From the NCBI GenBank assembly GCA_965644495.1, contig CBFFSA010000009.1, forward strand, positions 434,001 to 498,000: 64,000 nucleotides of DNA. The letters are read 5' to 3'. This DNA is from Perkinsela sp. CCAP 1560/9 (lineage: Eukaryota; Protista; Euglenozoa: Kinetoplastea). Positions 41,540 to 53,955 of this stretch are shown in pieces. The position numbers were made by a program, and so were the translations under genes. The notes under the pieces are model-generated. The model worked only from the letters and a program-made list of their open reading frames with translations, had not been told where the DNA came from and did no database searches. The stretch's first letter is position 1, and the number at the start of each line of letters is the position of its first letter.

Positions 41540-43970
41540 CACTACTGTCACTCTTTAGCTAAAGATGATCTTCTTTCAAAGCACACCTATTAAAATAAAC
41601 AAGCCATGCATGCGAACGAAGAACGAGATGTGCGCGCCTCCACCAGGAGTTAATTTGCCCCCTTTGGAAGAGATTGTTCATGTCCTTTCTTGTTTTCCGA
41701 ATGGAAGCTTCCTCATCACAGACCTCAGACATTGGTTTCATCAAATTAGGATTCCAAACTTAGTGGGAAAATATTTTTCCATTAGATGTTGCGGAAGAAT
41801 ATTCGAAATGAGGGTACTATCAATGGGATTTTCATGGGCCTCATACATTGCTCAGTGCACAGCATGGGTCATATTACTACGTTGTGTTCCAACGGGGTAC
41901 GATGCTCAATTAGTACGCTGTACTACACAAATGCCTCCCGGATTCCTGTGGATAGTGAGTAAGAGAACAACTAAAAAGATGGCAGTTCTACTATTATGTT
42001 ATGACATCTCTATCACATCGTGCTGAGCCTCCCTACTACATCAAATGTATTCAAACCTTAAGAAGTGTGCAAAACCGTCTCCAATGGGGTTGCAAATTGT
42101 TTGGAAGGATTTGCGTGAACCTGCTCTATCGGCCACGATATCGGGCATAGACTTCCGGTGGGAATATCATATGCTTACTTGGAAACACACGGAAACGAAC
42201 GTTACCAAGTGGAGCTCCTTCCAAAAAGACTAGTTAGTTACTGTTCGAGATATTCAGCGAGTACTAGGTATCATAATGTGGGACACTATGGTACAGCAGC
42301 TGAATTTCGCTCAAGTGTACGAGGCGCGAATGATTGGGCGGGATATCTCCAGGTATGATGAGAGGGAGCCACATCATCTCACTAGTTTCCAAATGAATAT
42401 ATTCGAACGACATTTATTATCAACATTATTCTACATACATTGTTCTACATACAGGGGTGTAAATTTGGATGTGGGGGGGGTCTAAAATTCGTAAAACTTG
42501 GCCAATTGTGGAAATTAATAGCGCATTCGAGAGCTCTCGAACAGGGCTCATGAACGCAACATGGCCGCGATAGGCACAAGGGGGTATTGCCCCCTCGACA
42601 AAGGGCTCCCAAATGCGATTTGCAACTTTCTAAAGCACGGAAAAAAATGGAAAAAAAAATTAATAATTGCAGTTTCCGCCGTTCTTTTCAAGCACAATAC
42701 GGCATCGCTTACGAAAGCTCTTCATAGCGTTTTCAGAGGCTATAGAATGTGTCGTTTTAAGGAAGAACAGTAATTACTGTCTCTTGAAAGCTTGTCCTGG
42801 CCAGATTGTGCACCGTACAGTTATCCATTGCAATAACGCTAGAACAGTGCCGCTTAAGGTAAGAAATTAACCCTCCACGCTTCTTCATGGCTTCATCAAA
42901 AATAGCCCCCGTCACTGTACCTCGGTTTCCTTGAGAACGAACAGAAGGAAAAACGTGAAGGTGAAACCCATGCTTAAGGCTCGCTGCCATCCAAACCATA
43001 ACACCAATCCCCCCATGCCATGCATCCAATTCACCTTGCTGCTCCTTGTGAGCGTCAGTTTTGCGGCAGAGGTACGTGATGTGCCCCCCACTCTTCCCAC
43101 AGGTAATTTTTTTTTCATCCATCCAAATGATATTGGACAGTTCCGCGTCACTCCACATTAGCATTTCTTCACAGAAACGTACTCGTTTCTCTTTATGCAC
43201 TGAGGTAAGTGCAGAGGATTTCCGGACTGTGCGCAAGACGATGCCATGTGATTTCATGTGGGTCGTCAAAGTTTGACGAGAGCAAGTGAACCCAAGATTT
43301 TCCATTAACCGATGGAGCTCACTCCAGCTCCTGATGCCATAGGGTTGATCTCGAACACCCTCGTCTATCGCTTTCAAAGCAGCCTCACGTAGTTCAGGTG
43401 TCACAGCGATGTTCGTTGGGGCGTGTTTCTGGTTCTTGGAGTCTACTTCTCCAGTATCACGATAGCGCTCCACCCAGCGCTTCACAGTAGCATCATGAAT
43501 TTGAAAATTGCGCGCGGTTAGGGAAAAAGACTGTTGCTTCGTAATCGGCATCAAGAAGCATGCGCCAGCTTGCTTTTATGTGCCCAGGCGAGGAATAAGC
43601 CCTTTCGGAGTGCTTATGTTCCGGAGATCGTCCACAATCCCGTCGTTGTGGCATGAATAAGGGCAAAAATCAGAAAAATTGTGAAAATTGCAGGATTTCG
43701 TCTTCCAAAAAACTAAGTTTTTTTATGTGCATCCGAAAATCTAATTAACACGGATACGGTATATGCACGTTCATGAGCCCTGTTCGAGAGCTCTCGAATG
43801 CGCTATTATTTTCCAAAAATAGCCAAATTTTACGAATTTTGGACCCCCCCACATCTAAATTTACACCCCTGTATTCAGGAAAATAAATCCAGCAGTCGAG
43901 GTCCCCCGAAGGCCATAAAACGTTTTGTCCTAGCTTTTTCTAACGCGTCGACTACGCACATGGGGTAGAC
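41540..43970 (+). pseudogene. DIRS/VIPER/TATE-like reverse transcriptase-RNase H remnant interrupted by Tc1
   Basis: DLRHWFHQI, RVLSMGFSWAS and CYDI RT motifs at 41565-42026. An RNase H-like LAFSNASTTHMG resumes after the Tc1 at about 43930. Confidence 0.6.
42452..43871 (-). mobile_element. Tc1-family transposon with about 105-bp TIRs, defective
   Basis: TA|CAGGGGTGTAAATTT ... AAATTTACACCCCTG|TA. The transposase (about 42660-43654) has WMDEKK, VMVW and MDNCTVH but is frameshifted and lacks the SPDLN.IE segment. Confidence 0.92.
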
Positions 43971-45102
43971 ACAGGTTCTCAGTGCGCGACCCGCGCGCTC
44001 CAGCGCTTCTCAGTGCTCACAGGTGGGCCTTGCTTGCAAACAGGGGCTCACAGTCGGGCTTTGCCCCCAGACGAGAAAGCTAGAGATTCGAAAATTTCAG
44101 GGAATTCTTGTTCGGTAAGAAAATAGGTTCTGTAAAAATTAAAAACCCGTTCGTTGAATATTCAACGAAGTAGAGACAAAAAAGTTACTCGGGTAGTATA
44201 GAGCGCTAATCAGCATGTATTTCGTGCATCAATAGCAAAAGCAAAAAGTATGCTTCGCTTTTTGCAATGTCAACCTATTATACAAAATTCATCACGTAGA
44301 AGCTCGGAATCAAAATTCTGGTCAAAATAACTCAAAAGCATTGTTAGCTAACCGAACCAAATACTAATGAATTTTGACAGTCTTGTTTGACATTTTCGTA
44401 TTCATGATAAAGTCTACAATGTGATCTCATGATTTGCAACCCAAGGGCCACTCAGCGGATTGTCAATACCAATACACCAATTTTTTCCCAGAAAAGAAAT
44501 TTCTTGTCTTTTTCAGTGCACCACTCCCCTCCCCCGAGAAGGAAAGGCCACACGACACGAGACCTTGCCGACACGTTGGGAAGCATGCTCCATCGAAGCA
44601 TTGAGTATGGTCGAGCTCATGCACCACCACGTCCAGGACAGTATGGCAGACTCTAAATTTTTCAAAATACTTTACTAATGAAAAATTTACTAATTTTTGT
44701 TTTACAAATTATTGTTACATTACTCCCCCTCTCATTAATAATTATAAACCTCCGAAACTCACTAAAGGGTTCGTTCATAGAAATTTAATGAGATTACAAT
44801 TCTGAGTCTCACTTCTATAATTATAAACCTCAAATTCTTCATTTTTTATCTAGAAAGACACCTGTACGACATACTTTGCACTAAAAATTGTTTCCAAGTT
44901 GAACGAAGTGTCTCGAAAATCAAGAATTTGAAGTCCATAATAAGAAAAAATCACTTATCGAATCTGATTAATAATTATAAACTATAACAGGGTTCGCAGA
45001 AACTATAATATAGTAAAATAAATGTATTACATTATACACTAATAATTTGCAATATATTTTGCCTCAAATTTCAGTATTTTGTGAATAATGTTTTTTCGAA
45101 TA

Positions 45103-46144
45103 CAGTAAACGTCACTATTCTCAGAATGTTCAGTTGTACGTTGACACACAAAAAACGGCTTTTTTGTCGTTTTTCGTCACTATTCTCAGAATTGGTCTGT
45201 TGAACGTTGACAGGCACTTTTTTATGAGGTCAAGTCATAATTCTCATTTTTAAAAAAGAAAACGTTTTGCAAGAAAAATGTTAGCAGCGGAGCAACAGGC
45301 CGCTTTGGATGCACAAAAATGATCCCCAGAGATCTCCCACTATCTCCTTGGTTTGCGGAGTCGCCGCTCTATCAGAAGAACGCCGCGCAGTCAAACAGCG
45401 CAAGTTTTCCTTTTGTGTATTAGCGTTTTGTTTTCAGAAAAACAAAGTTTCATTACTCGTAGTCACCTAAATCAGTGTTTTCTTTTCTTTTTTTGGTCTC
45501 ACTAAGACATTTGTGTGCCTTTCATGAATGGAAGAAGAGAAGGGACAACGATAAAAATGATCTCCAGTGATCCTCTGTGACCCCCATCTATCTCCACCTA
45601 CCTATACCCCCCCCCGGTAATAGAATCGATTTTGGACCATAAAGGCCAAATCCTTGTTACTGGGTGGGGTATGCTTTTTCGGTGGGTAAAGGCCTTTTTC
45701 TTTCATGAGTGCGTTGATTTTCTGTACAGCCAACCCAGAAACCACGCGATTCGCTACTGCACAACCACCCTCATCCCGTCCAGACACCCCCCCCCTCCAA
45801 CCACCCTCCCGAGACAAATCCTTGTTACTGTGTGTCGGCCCAAAAATAGCGAAATCTCTGCTACTGGGGGGTCCATTAGTGGGGGAGTATACGGTATCCC
45901 CAGTGATTTCCACCGATCTCTCGCATCCTCTCCAGTTAGTGAAGATGAAGCAGTGAGTTAATCAGTGAGAGAACGAAAGCGTTTTTTTTTTCAATTCTCA
46001 TTTTTGAGTGTAAAATTGAATTGAACGTTGACACATGACCGAAGCTCCATTCTCATTTTCTAAGGTGCATTCTCATTTTAGTCAGTTGTACGTTGACAGC
46101 CCAATTCTCATTTTTAGCGACTCTCAGAATAGTGACGTTTACTG
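45103..46144. mobile_element. pogo/Tigger-like non-autonomous element with a nested MITE
   Basis: Perfect 19-bp TIR cagtaaacgtcactattct, TA flanks, subterminal repeats gttg(t/a)acgttgaca and attctcatttt. Confidence 0.88.
45601..45894. mobile_element. About 300-bp TA-flanked MITE, copy 1
   Basis: Termini cctatacc / gtatacgg with TA flanks; homologous to 55836-56143. Confidence 0.8.
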
Positions 46145-46294
46145 TAGCAGAAACGGGCTCCAAAAAGCGTAGACACGATGTTCAGAGCGAGATCTCTCGT
46201 TAGCAAAAAAAATTAGTTCAAACGGCCTCAGGACGCTAAAATGCGGACCTTGTCAGTTTTCGTGCCCCCCCCTTGTATATTCCACAGTGGGGCT

Positions 46295-46383
46295 ATGTGA
46301 GAGCTCTCGAATGCGCTATTATTTTACAAAATTGGCCAAATTTTACAAGTTTTAGACCCCCCAGCATTAGATGACCCGCCCTG
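46295..46383. mobile_element. Solo Tc1 TIR (family of 42452-43871)
   Basis: gagagctctcgaatgcgctattatttt..ccctg|ta. Confidence 0.75.
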
Positions 46384-46671
46384 TATTTAGTGAAAATGGC
46401 TTCACTAATACACACTGTATAAGTGGATGAAGAAATATTATTAGTAGTAACACTACTACTGATAACATCTGGGTTTCTTAGAGTGCTTTGTTCAAAATTT
46501 GCTTTTGAGCAAAAATAGGAATACTTGAGTACGTTCTTAAAACGTTAACAAATTGTTTACCTCGCAGAACAGATGCGTTCATGATCATACTATATTATCT
46601 GTATTTTTCTTCTTCGCCTTCCTTTATTTCAATCATTGTTACATGTCACGTATGCATAATAAGAAAAGTAT

Positions 46672-47295
46672 TTATTTTAGGTATTTGTCCATGATCGTAT
46701 TATTTTTACTGTGTATTTCTTCGTCCGCCTCGTTTATTTCAATCATTGTTCCATGCCACGTGTGCTTTATAAAAAACGTATTATATTTAGGTATTTGTCC
46801 ATAAAGTCCTTTACATTCCGAAAGATATAATATGTGCAAGGTTCCGGGAAGACGGTCGAACAAAACTGGCCCTTCAAAACAATTCTGATGACAGTCAAGC
46901 TCTATCAAGTTTGGTGGTAAATTTTGAAGATCAAGTGGCCCAGTAAACTTGTTTTCACTTAAATTGAGATTTCTCAATGAGTTTGGTAAGCAACTAAGAC
47001 AAACTTCTCCCGATAAGTTGTTCCGTTGAATTCGCAATGCGCGTAAATCGGGAAGATTTGTTAAATCGATGCTCCCCTCAAACTTATTATCTGACAACCA
47101 AAGTTCGTTTGTGGTATCAGGTAGATGTGATAAATCCAGCGCCCCGCTCAACTGATTTTTATACAACCAAAGAGAAAAAAGCCATGGCGGAAGGATGTCA
47201 CATGGCAGTGCTCCCGTGAGATTATTATTCGCGATATCCTTCGCTTCGCCAAGGGCTCCGTAATATCTGCAAATGGGAGTGGAGAAAGCAAACAA
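46672..47295 (-). CDS. LRR protein, probably N-terminally truncated, with 3' tandem duplication
   Basis: Six LRR units and no N-cap. A duplication of about 110-bp period spans 46579-46802. Confidence 0.7.
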   Translation of the reverse strand: MFAFSTPICRYYGALGEAKDIANNNLTGALPCDILPPWLFSLWLYKNQLSGALDLSHLPDTTNELWLSDNKFEGSIDLTNLPDLRALRIQRNNLSGEVCLSCLPNSLRNLNLSENKFTGPLDLQNLPPNLIELDCHQNCFEGPVLFDRLPGTLHILYLSECKGLYGQIPKYNTFFIKHTWHGTMIEINEADEEIHSKNNTIMDKYLK

Positions 47296-49054
47296 CGAAT
47301 ATGCATGATTATAAAAATTGACGAAATCTATTTCGATTATCCTAATGGTGTTTAATACTTGCAGGATTTTGGCGACGCTGTTTAAATCGAGGCCATTTCT
47401 ACTAACATTGGAGTTATTTATTCTTCAGTACCATGTATTCTGTCACTGTGTGGCTTCATTGTCTCCTTTGAAGATGATGCGGTATCTTGAGAAAACATTA
47501 CGTGTACTGAATTTGATATTGGAAAACTCTGGTAAAAGTCTGATTTTTGTCATTTGTTCAGATTTTAGTTTACGTTTAAGGACCAGTAAAATGCCAGTTA
47601 GCCCTTGCAAATGCTCTTTTAATAAGATCGTCAAAGTCTTGTGCATAATGTCGTTGTATATAAAAATTGTTCATTTATGCCGACTCGCCAGTACCGAACA
47701 GCCTTATTTGACTAAATAGTTGGCCCTCAGTAGTAGACCTAAGTTGTAGGCCTTATACAGCTATGTGTCTAAGTAGTGTATAACGCAGAAGGAATGAAGG
47801 CACACGATGTAAAGCGGGGACCTCCCATTGATATATGAAATCTGAAACCTACTTCTAGATTTTGTTTAAAAGACAGAGCTTCACATTTCCAAGAACTCAT
47901 GCCGACACCCAGTGAGGTGGCGCCAACTTTGAAAAGACAAGACAACGGTGGAGCTCCTAACACAGATTATTTATTACACTTTTCGTCGTCCGTCTGTTGT
48001 CCCTCGCGCCACACCGTGTTCACAAGTCACCGGTGGTCGAAGAACACCTTCTGGTTTATTCTCAGAAGAAAATCCCCCCATAAGCAGCTCAAGAAAGGTC
48101 CGACAGGAGCAGGACGAGGCTACTAACGATCGGATATCCGCGCGTGAGAGGAAAGAGGTTGCTTGTGAACTCGATAGCACCATTGAACGTTCTGTCATTC
48201 ATGAGGATGAATGGAAGCGCTTTTGCGGTCCTAAGTGCTTCCTTGCAGTTCACACTGTTGACAAGCTGTGCCAAAATGTACTAAGGACTTATCAACTGTT
48301 GTCCCATGTAGAGGGTAAAATGGTTCTTTTGAATACTCGAAAGGGATGATTGCTGTTAGGGTTCAATCACTCACCCTCTGGTCTAATTGGCTCAACGACA
48401 ACGATAGTGACTCGGAGTCACTGACTCCCTACGAAAGGCTGATATTTTGGCTGGTTGGGCCGTGCGCAATGTTATAAACTTTTACCGTATTCTTAGTGCT
48501 AGCTAAAACGGACCAACAAACGGGGGCCAACATGCTGCGCCAATCATGGATACGACAATGCTGACAGCAAAGATAGCACTAGTTCTTCGCCAATGCCTGA
48601 CGCGACTCCTAGAAATCCAGCACATCATCCACAGAACAGCGTACAAGTAGAACGATGTCGTCACTGATGCGCCGCCGAACTATGCTGTGTGCATAAATGC
48701 AATATATGGACGGCTCCTCCGGCCATGAAACAGGCGAAACGACTTCACCCCTCGGGAGTGGGGTGGGTACACCGCGGAGAAGTACCAGTTTTTCGAATGT
48801 GCATTGGTTTTTAGACCTGCGAACGAGAGCGAAACGCTCTCATGACTTTCGATGCATATAGGCGCACATCAAAGGAATCAGTAGGAAGATGAACAAAAAC
48901 GATTAAAAATCAGAGTAGTGTGAAACAGCACGATACAGTAAAAGTACTTTCTACAAACCGATATTCGTATCGGTATATTCGTATTTCCGTATAGGTAACC
49001 TATACGGAAAATCTACAAAAAGAAAGAAAAATATGTTCATAGTTGTCAAACGTA

Positions 49055-49831
49055 CTACTCTTCTATTGGATAATGAGTCTCCAGCAAGTCTTGAATACGA
49101 TCTACCTCTTCTTTTTGGTTCGCCTGCTGCAGTTGACGAAGCAGTACGTCTCTGTCAGGAATTTTTTCTGTAGCCCTCTTTTTTACCGGCCTCTTTTTCA
49201 CCTCCCTGCCTTTGCGTTTCCCCGGTTTTGTCACAATCTCCGTGGTCTCACAGATTTCACCCTGTTGATCACCTACCAATGCACCACTCTCCACAGTGCT
49301 CTCCAACTTTGCCCCTTCCCAATCTTCACCCGTTGACGTCGGCTTTACTGTGGGCCGTTCCTTTTCCCGAATGCGCTGAAAGTTCAACACCCGTAATTGA
49401 GGAAGAAGCTCAATCACTTCTTTCCTGTAATCGACCCCCGCACTACATACTGGGTTCCCGATCAGTGAAAGATGTTTTAGCCCTGTACATTTTACTAAAG
49501 GGTGTAAATCTTTTACTTCGCGAATCGAGCCCCCGTGGATCATGATGGTTTGTAGAAATGGAAACACATCCGCGAGATGGCGTGAAAACATTTCAATCGG
49601 ATTACGATGCAAAATCAGCGTTTTGACTCTAACCAATACGCCTGGAGTACTCGGGAGATTGTCAAATTTTCGTATGCCATTTCCTGTTAGGTCAATCGTG
49701 TCCACATGACGAGCCCATTCAAGGTTTTCCATTCGGGACAGATCACAATCCCGTAGGTCCAGCTCTCGTTGTTTAATCGGGTTAACAAAATGTGGGCGGC
49801 TGTGGAGCAACTCAAAGCTTAAGCGAGTCAT
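49055..49831 (-). CDS. SNRPA1: U2 snRNP protein A' (LRR)
   Basis: MxRL..ELL..P.FVNP..QRELDLR, NPV..YR..VI..LPQLRVLNFQRI..KER. Confidence 0.88.
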   Translation of the reverse strand: MTRLSFELLHSRPHFVNPIKQRELDLRDCDLSRMENLEWARHVDTIDLTGNGIRKFDNLPSTPGVLVRVKTLILHRNPIEMFSRHLADVFPFLQTIMIHGGSIREVKDLHPLVKCTGLKHLSLIGNPVCSAGVDYRKEVIELLPQLRVLNFQRIREKERPTVKPTSTGEDWEGAKLESTVESGALVGDQQGEICETTEIVTKPGKRKGREVKKRPVKKRATEKIPDRDVLLRQLQQANQKEEVDRIQDLLETHYPIEE

Positions 49832-50189
49832 GGAATTAGTGAAGTAGAGAGATAATTACAAATATGTAATGTTTCCTAAAAAACAGGGAGGAACTTGCAC
49901 GAACTTTGCTAGATGCAAACATTCAGAAGTGCAGGACATCAATTTTACATCCTGAGAATTAATATCACACATTTCATAATTACAGTTGCATCTCCTTTAT
50001 AAAACGCACACTTAATCAGGAAGCATAGCACACGACATCGAATGCCAATCAACATTCTCTGACACTCAGATATTCCAAAACTTCATATTACCTACCAGGT
50101 AACTTACCGTCACCTGACTTCTCTAACCTAATACCACACACAGAAAATGCCTGTGTTACCTAACTCCACCATCCTTACCCTCCTCAAAC

Positions 50190-50920
50190 TCAACCTACAC
50201 CACCTTTTCCCCCACTCTCTCTACCCTTCACCCTCTCCAACCCCCTACCCCTCCCTCCTCCCCTTCCTCCACTACGCCCCACTCTACCCCTTTCACCCCC
50301 ACACCCCCCCTTTCCATTACCCTCTCCCCCTTTTCACCCCTTAATCCCCCTTTCCATTACCCTCTCCCCCTTTTCACCCCACACTCCCCCCTTCCATTAC
50401 CCCTCCCCCTCCCCTCCCCTCCCTCCTCCCCCTTCCTCCACTTCGCCCCACTCTACCCCTTTCACCCCCACACCCCCCCCTTCCGTTACCCTCTCCCCCT
50501 TTTCACCCCCACACCCCCCCTTCCATTACCCTCTCCCCCTTTTCACCCCACACTCCCCCCTTCCATTACCCCTCCCCTCCCCTCCCCTCCCTACTCCCCT
50601 TCCTCCACTTCGCCCCACTCTACCCCTTTCACCCCCACACCCCCCCCTTCCGTTACCCTCTCCCCCTTTTCACCCCCACACCCCCCCTTCCATTACCCTC
50701 TCCCCCTTTTCACCCCACACTCCCCCCTTCCATTACCCCTCCCCTCCCCTCCCCTCCCAGCTCCCCCCCTCCCCCCCCCTTTCCCTCCCCTCCCTCCCTT
50801 CCCCTCCCCTCCCCTCCCCTCCCCTCCCCTCCCCTCCCCTCCCCTCCCCTCCCCTCCCTCCCCTCCCCTCCCCTCCCCTTACCCCCCCTCTCCCCTCCCC
50901 TCCCCTCCCCTACCCCCCCA
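50190..50920. repeat. Polypyrimidine minisatellite (about 32-bp units plus (CCCCT)n)
   Basis: Repeated ttcacccccacacccccc(c)ttccattaccctctcccc with higher-order blocks, then a CCCCT pentamer array. Confidence 0.9.
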
Positions 50921-51943
50921 CCACCGTCCGCAGCAACACCTCCGTGGTCCCCTCCAACCCGCCCCTCCCCCCACACTGTGCTCCACCCACCTCTCCAGTC
51001 CCTCCCGGTCCCCCGCTCCCCCTCCCCCGAGCCCCCGCGCCCCACACGCCTCGGTCAGCTCCCCGCGGCTCACGTTCGCGACCCCGAACAGCGACAGCGC
51101 CCTGTCCTCCTCGTGGAGCCTGCGAAGGTGCCGGCGGATCGCGACCCGGAGCCCCGCGGTGGGGGTCAGCCGTGGCCCCAGGAGCACCGCGACCCGGAGC
51201 TGGAGGTACCGCGCCAGGGCGTAGAGCTGGGCGTGGGTTAAGGTGTCGAGTAAGGGGGTGGTGAGTTCCGTCGGTGGAGGGAACGAGAACGTACCGGTAG
51301 GGTTGCTCTTCCTATTCTTTGGAGAAGAAAGGGGAGAAGGGGAAGGTGTACGGTTTTGTGGGGTACTTGGTGGGGTACACGCCGTAGTACGGCTTGTACT
51401 CTTTGTCGTGCCCGTACCCTCATCTGTACCATGAGCCGTACCATTCGTAGTAGTACGCTGTGTCCCCGTAGGCCCCCCCCTGTCCCTGCTGCCGTACTCC
51501 TCCAGCACCCTCTTAATGGAAGGGGAGGAGAGCCGGGTGAGCTCCTCGGAGAGCCGCGCGCGGGTGGTTTGCAGGGCGTGGAGCCGGGCCCGTTGTTGGG
51601 ACTCCTCCTCATAGGTGGAGGGGAGGAGGTTGGGGAAGAAGTAGAGCACGGCGGGGAGGGCGAACTCCAGGAAGGGGACCAGGATGAAGACACTGAACGG
51701 GAGCAGGCGGAGCATGTCGGAGCGGGTGGTGCGGAGGTGGCAGAGGTGGGGGAAGGTGAGGGGGTGGCCGGCGGCACGGGCCCGCATGAGGTGGAGGGAG
51801 AACCGGGTGTTGGACCCGAGGCGCTGGGTGCCGCGCCAGTAGAAGGCGGTGGCGTCACGGAGCCGGGTGGACCACGGGAGGGGGGAGGGGGTACCTGGCG
51901 GAGAAGGTTTCTTGGCGAGAAAAGGGAGCCGGGTTCGGAGCAT
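50879..51943 (-). CDS. LETM1: LETM1-like mitochondrial protein (C-terminus uncertain)
   Basis: MLRTR presequence, YWRGT.RL, DMLRLLPFSVFILVPFLEFALP..FPNLLPSTY, EDR.L..GV..EL.EAC.ARG. Confidence 0.85.
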   Translation of the reverse strand: MLRTRLPFLAKKPSPPGTPSPLPWSTRLRDATAFYWRGTQRLGSNTRFSLHLMRARAAGHPLTFPHLCHLRTTRSDMLRLLPFSVFILVPFLEFALPAVLYFFPNLLPSTYEEESQQRARLHALQTTRARLSEELTRLSSPSIKRVLEEYGSRDRGGPTGTQRTTTNGTAHGTDEGTGTTKSTSRTTACTPPSTPQNRTPSPSPLSSPKNRKSNPTGTFSFPPPTELTTPLLDTLTHAQLYALARYLQLRVAVLLGPRLTPTAGLRVAIRRHLRRLHEEDRALSLFGVANVSRGELTEACGARGLGGGGAGDREGLERWVEHSVGGGAGWRGPRRCCCGRWWGGRGGEGRGEGG

Positions 51944-52348
51944 GACTTCGGAGCTGAGTAATGAAGGAGGAGAAATTTGAAAAGGAAGGAAAAACGAAGT
52001 TCTGGTGATAAAATTATTTAATGTACTTGTCTTCTGTTTTATCAACCATAAAGATGGATGATGTGGACCAAGGTGTTAGAGGAAATCTAGACTAGAGGAG
52101 CACGAAAAACGAATTGACTGCATAAATCAGTAAATCAAGGTTGCGGATTGTATCAAGCCTTCTCAAACTGGGGCGTGCACTATAATCATCACGTAGAGGT
52201 AAAAATTGAGGGACTGCGGGTACTTTGTCCGAGACTGGACCGAGACCGTAGTTTGTATTTTCGGCGGGGAGGGACGAAAAAAATGGCGACATGATACATT
52301 TTTTATATTTTTATGCGGAAATCATCGCTGCAATAATATAAAATTATA

Positions 52349-52509
52349 CTACCCTCCCTTAATCGCACTCGGTCAGACCCCCCCCGTTTAAGCGCACATA
52401 GAGTTGAGGTGCAGACTCCAGCTCCGCGAAGCAATGACAATTTTTTTATTACGTACTGATTCAGGCCCCCCGTTGAAACGCACTTTTCATGGAAAATGAG
52501 GTGCGCTTT
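52349..52509. mobile_element. Partial inverted copy of MITE 54859-55040
   Basis: Reverse-complement similarity over about 160 bp. Confidence 0.75.
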
Positions 52510-52685
52510 CGGCGTCTTCGTTACGCCGCGTGCGCTTATCTCGAAGGTGTTCGTGTGGCAGTCGGGGTGAGACATGCGCCGCTCGTGGAGAGGGAAATTG
52601 TGCTTCTCGCTCTTGCATTGGTTCACATTTTCATAGTTTTGCTCCCACAGCACAGTAAGTTCCAGAGTAAACTCTGTACGGTTTT

Positions 52686-53076
52686 TCAGGAGCAACTAAG
52701 TAGTTTTACAGTGTTCTCATGAACACCAAAGTGCTGCGCCGTAGCGGAGTACGATCCTGTGCGCTCGTATTCCGCCACCAAAAGCATGCGGTGACTCTCT
52801 TTGACGGGGGCGGGGGAAGAATACGATCTATCGCTCAGTACTCCACGGGAAGTCCTCGAGCGAGCGCGCTTTTGGGGCATTTTCTAGTAAAAAATGTAAT
52901 TCCTGCGAGGGAAAAAAGCGAAATGTGGTATCAAAAAATATGTACGTTAAAATCTCAGGATTTTAATGCGCCTAAAACATACAACTCTGTGAGAGCTATC
53001 CAATGCGCTATTATTTTCCAAAATTGGACAACTTTTACGAATTTTAGACCCCCCCACCTTTAGACCCGCACCCCTG
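52686..53076 (-). mobile_element. Tc1 left end with transposase N-terminus
   Basis: TIR ending cacccctg|ta. ORF 52686-52880 (MPQKR..YSSP..HFGVHENTVK) is homologous to the 43654 start. Confidence 0.8.
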
Positions 53077-53279
53077 TATATTTTCACTGTTTTTGTTCAC
53101 TTTTTTTCAATAATCGAGGGTAGAGAGGTAGTTATACAACCACCGCAATTCTGCAGCTATGAGACTCGGTCGTATTATCGGACAGCCCGAAACTTCGGCG
53201 TTCACGGAAATACCATAAAATATCTTGTGGTACGCTGTGAAAATACAGGACACGTGGAAAGCCGTCCTATTTCACGTAG

Positions 53280-53955
53280 ATCTCCTGTCAGCACATCTGG
53301 AGGAAACGAGTGCAATTTTGTTCTGAGATGCTCACTTCATCAGATACCCAGCTGAGACAAATTATTTTCCGCGATGAGAAGTTCACGTGCGGCAGGGGAC
53401 GAAACAAAATTACTTACCTTTGCCGGAAGACTGACCCCGCTAAGGAACAACAGGGAGAGCCAGAACCTTGGAGGGAACGGCGTCATGGTGTGGATGGGAG
53501 TAAGTTTAAATCATGGATTTCATCCACAATTTTTTCCCCCCCACGACCCTTCCGGCCGGAAAGTAACTGTAACCGGGGATGTTTTCAATGACGCCATGAA
53601 GAAGCACAAAGGACTTTTAAATTATGTGAGGCGCCACCCAGCTGCAGTCATTGAAATGTATAATTGTCCTGTTCATAATTTTGCACGAACAACCTTTCGC
53701 AACGAAGGCATTAATGCACTCTCTTGGCCTGCAAAATCCCCCGATTTAAACACCATCGAAAACCTTTGGGGGACCATGGACAGGATCAAAAATGATCTCC
53801 GACCCAAGAATCGGGCTGAAGTAGTATCGGCCATTCAGACGGCGTTCGCAAGATTACAATCCGAACGCAAGCATGAGTGTACTAACACGACGAACAGGTT
53901 TCGCAAACGTTGCCGCATCGTTATTGAGCGAAACGGATCTTCCTGTGGGTATTGA
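53280..53955 (+). pseudogene. Tc1 transposase C-terminal half
   Basis: IIFRDEK, GVMVWMG, WPAKSPDLNTIENLW, RKRCRIVIERNG; frameshifted. Confidence 0.88.

Noticed and set aside
47318-48900. Short ORFs possibly from decayed genes or elements
   Set aside because: No recognisable motifs or termini.
50710-51045. Gly-rich ORF
   Set aside because: Translation of the CCCCT repeat.
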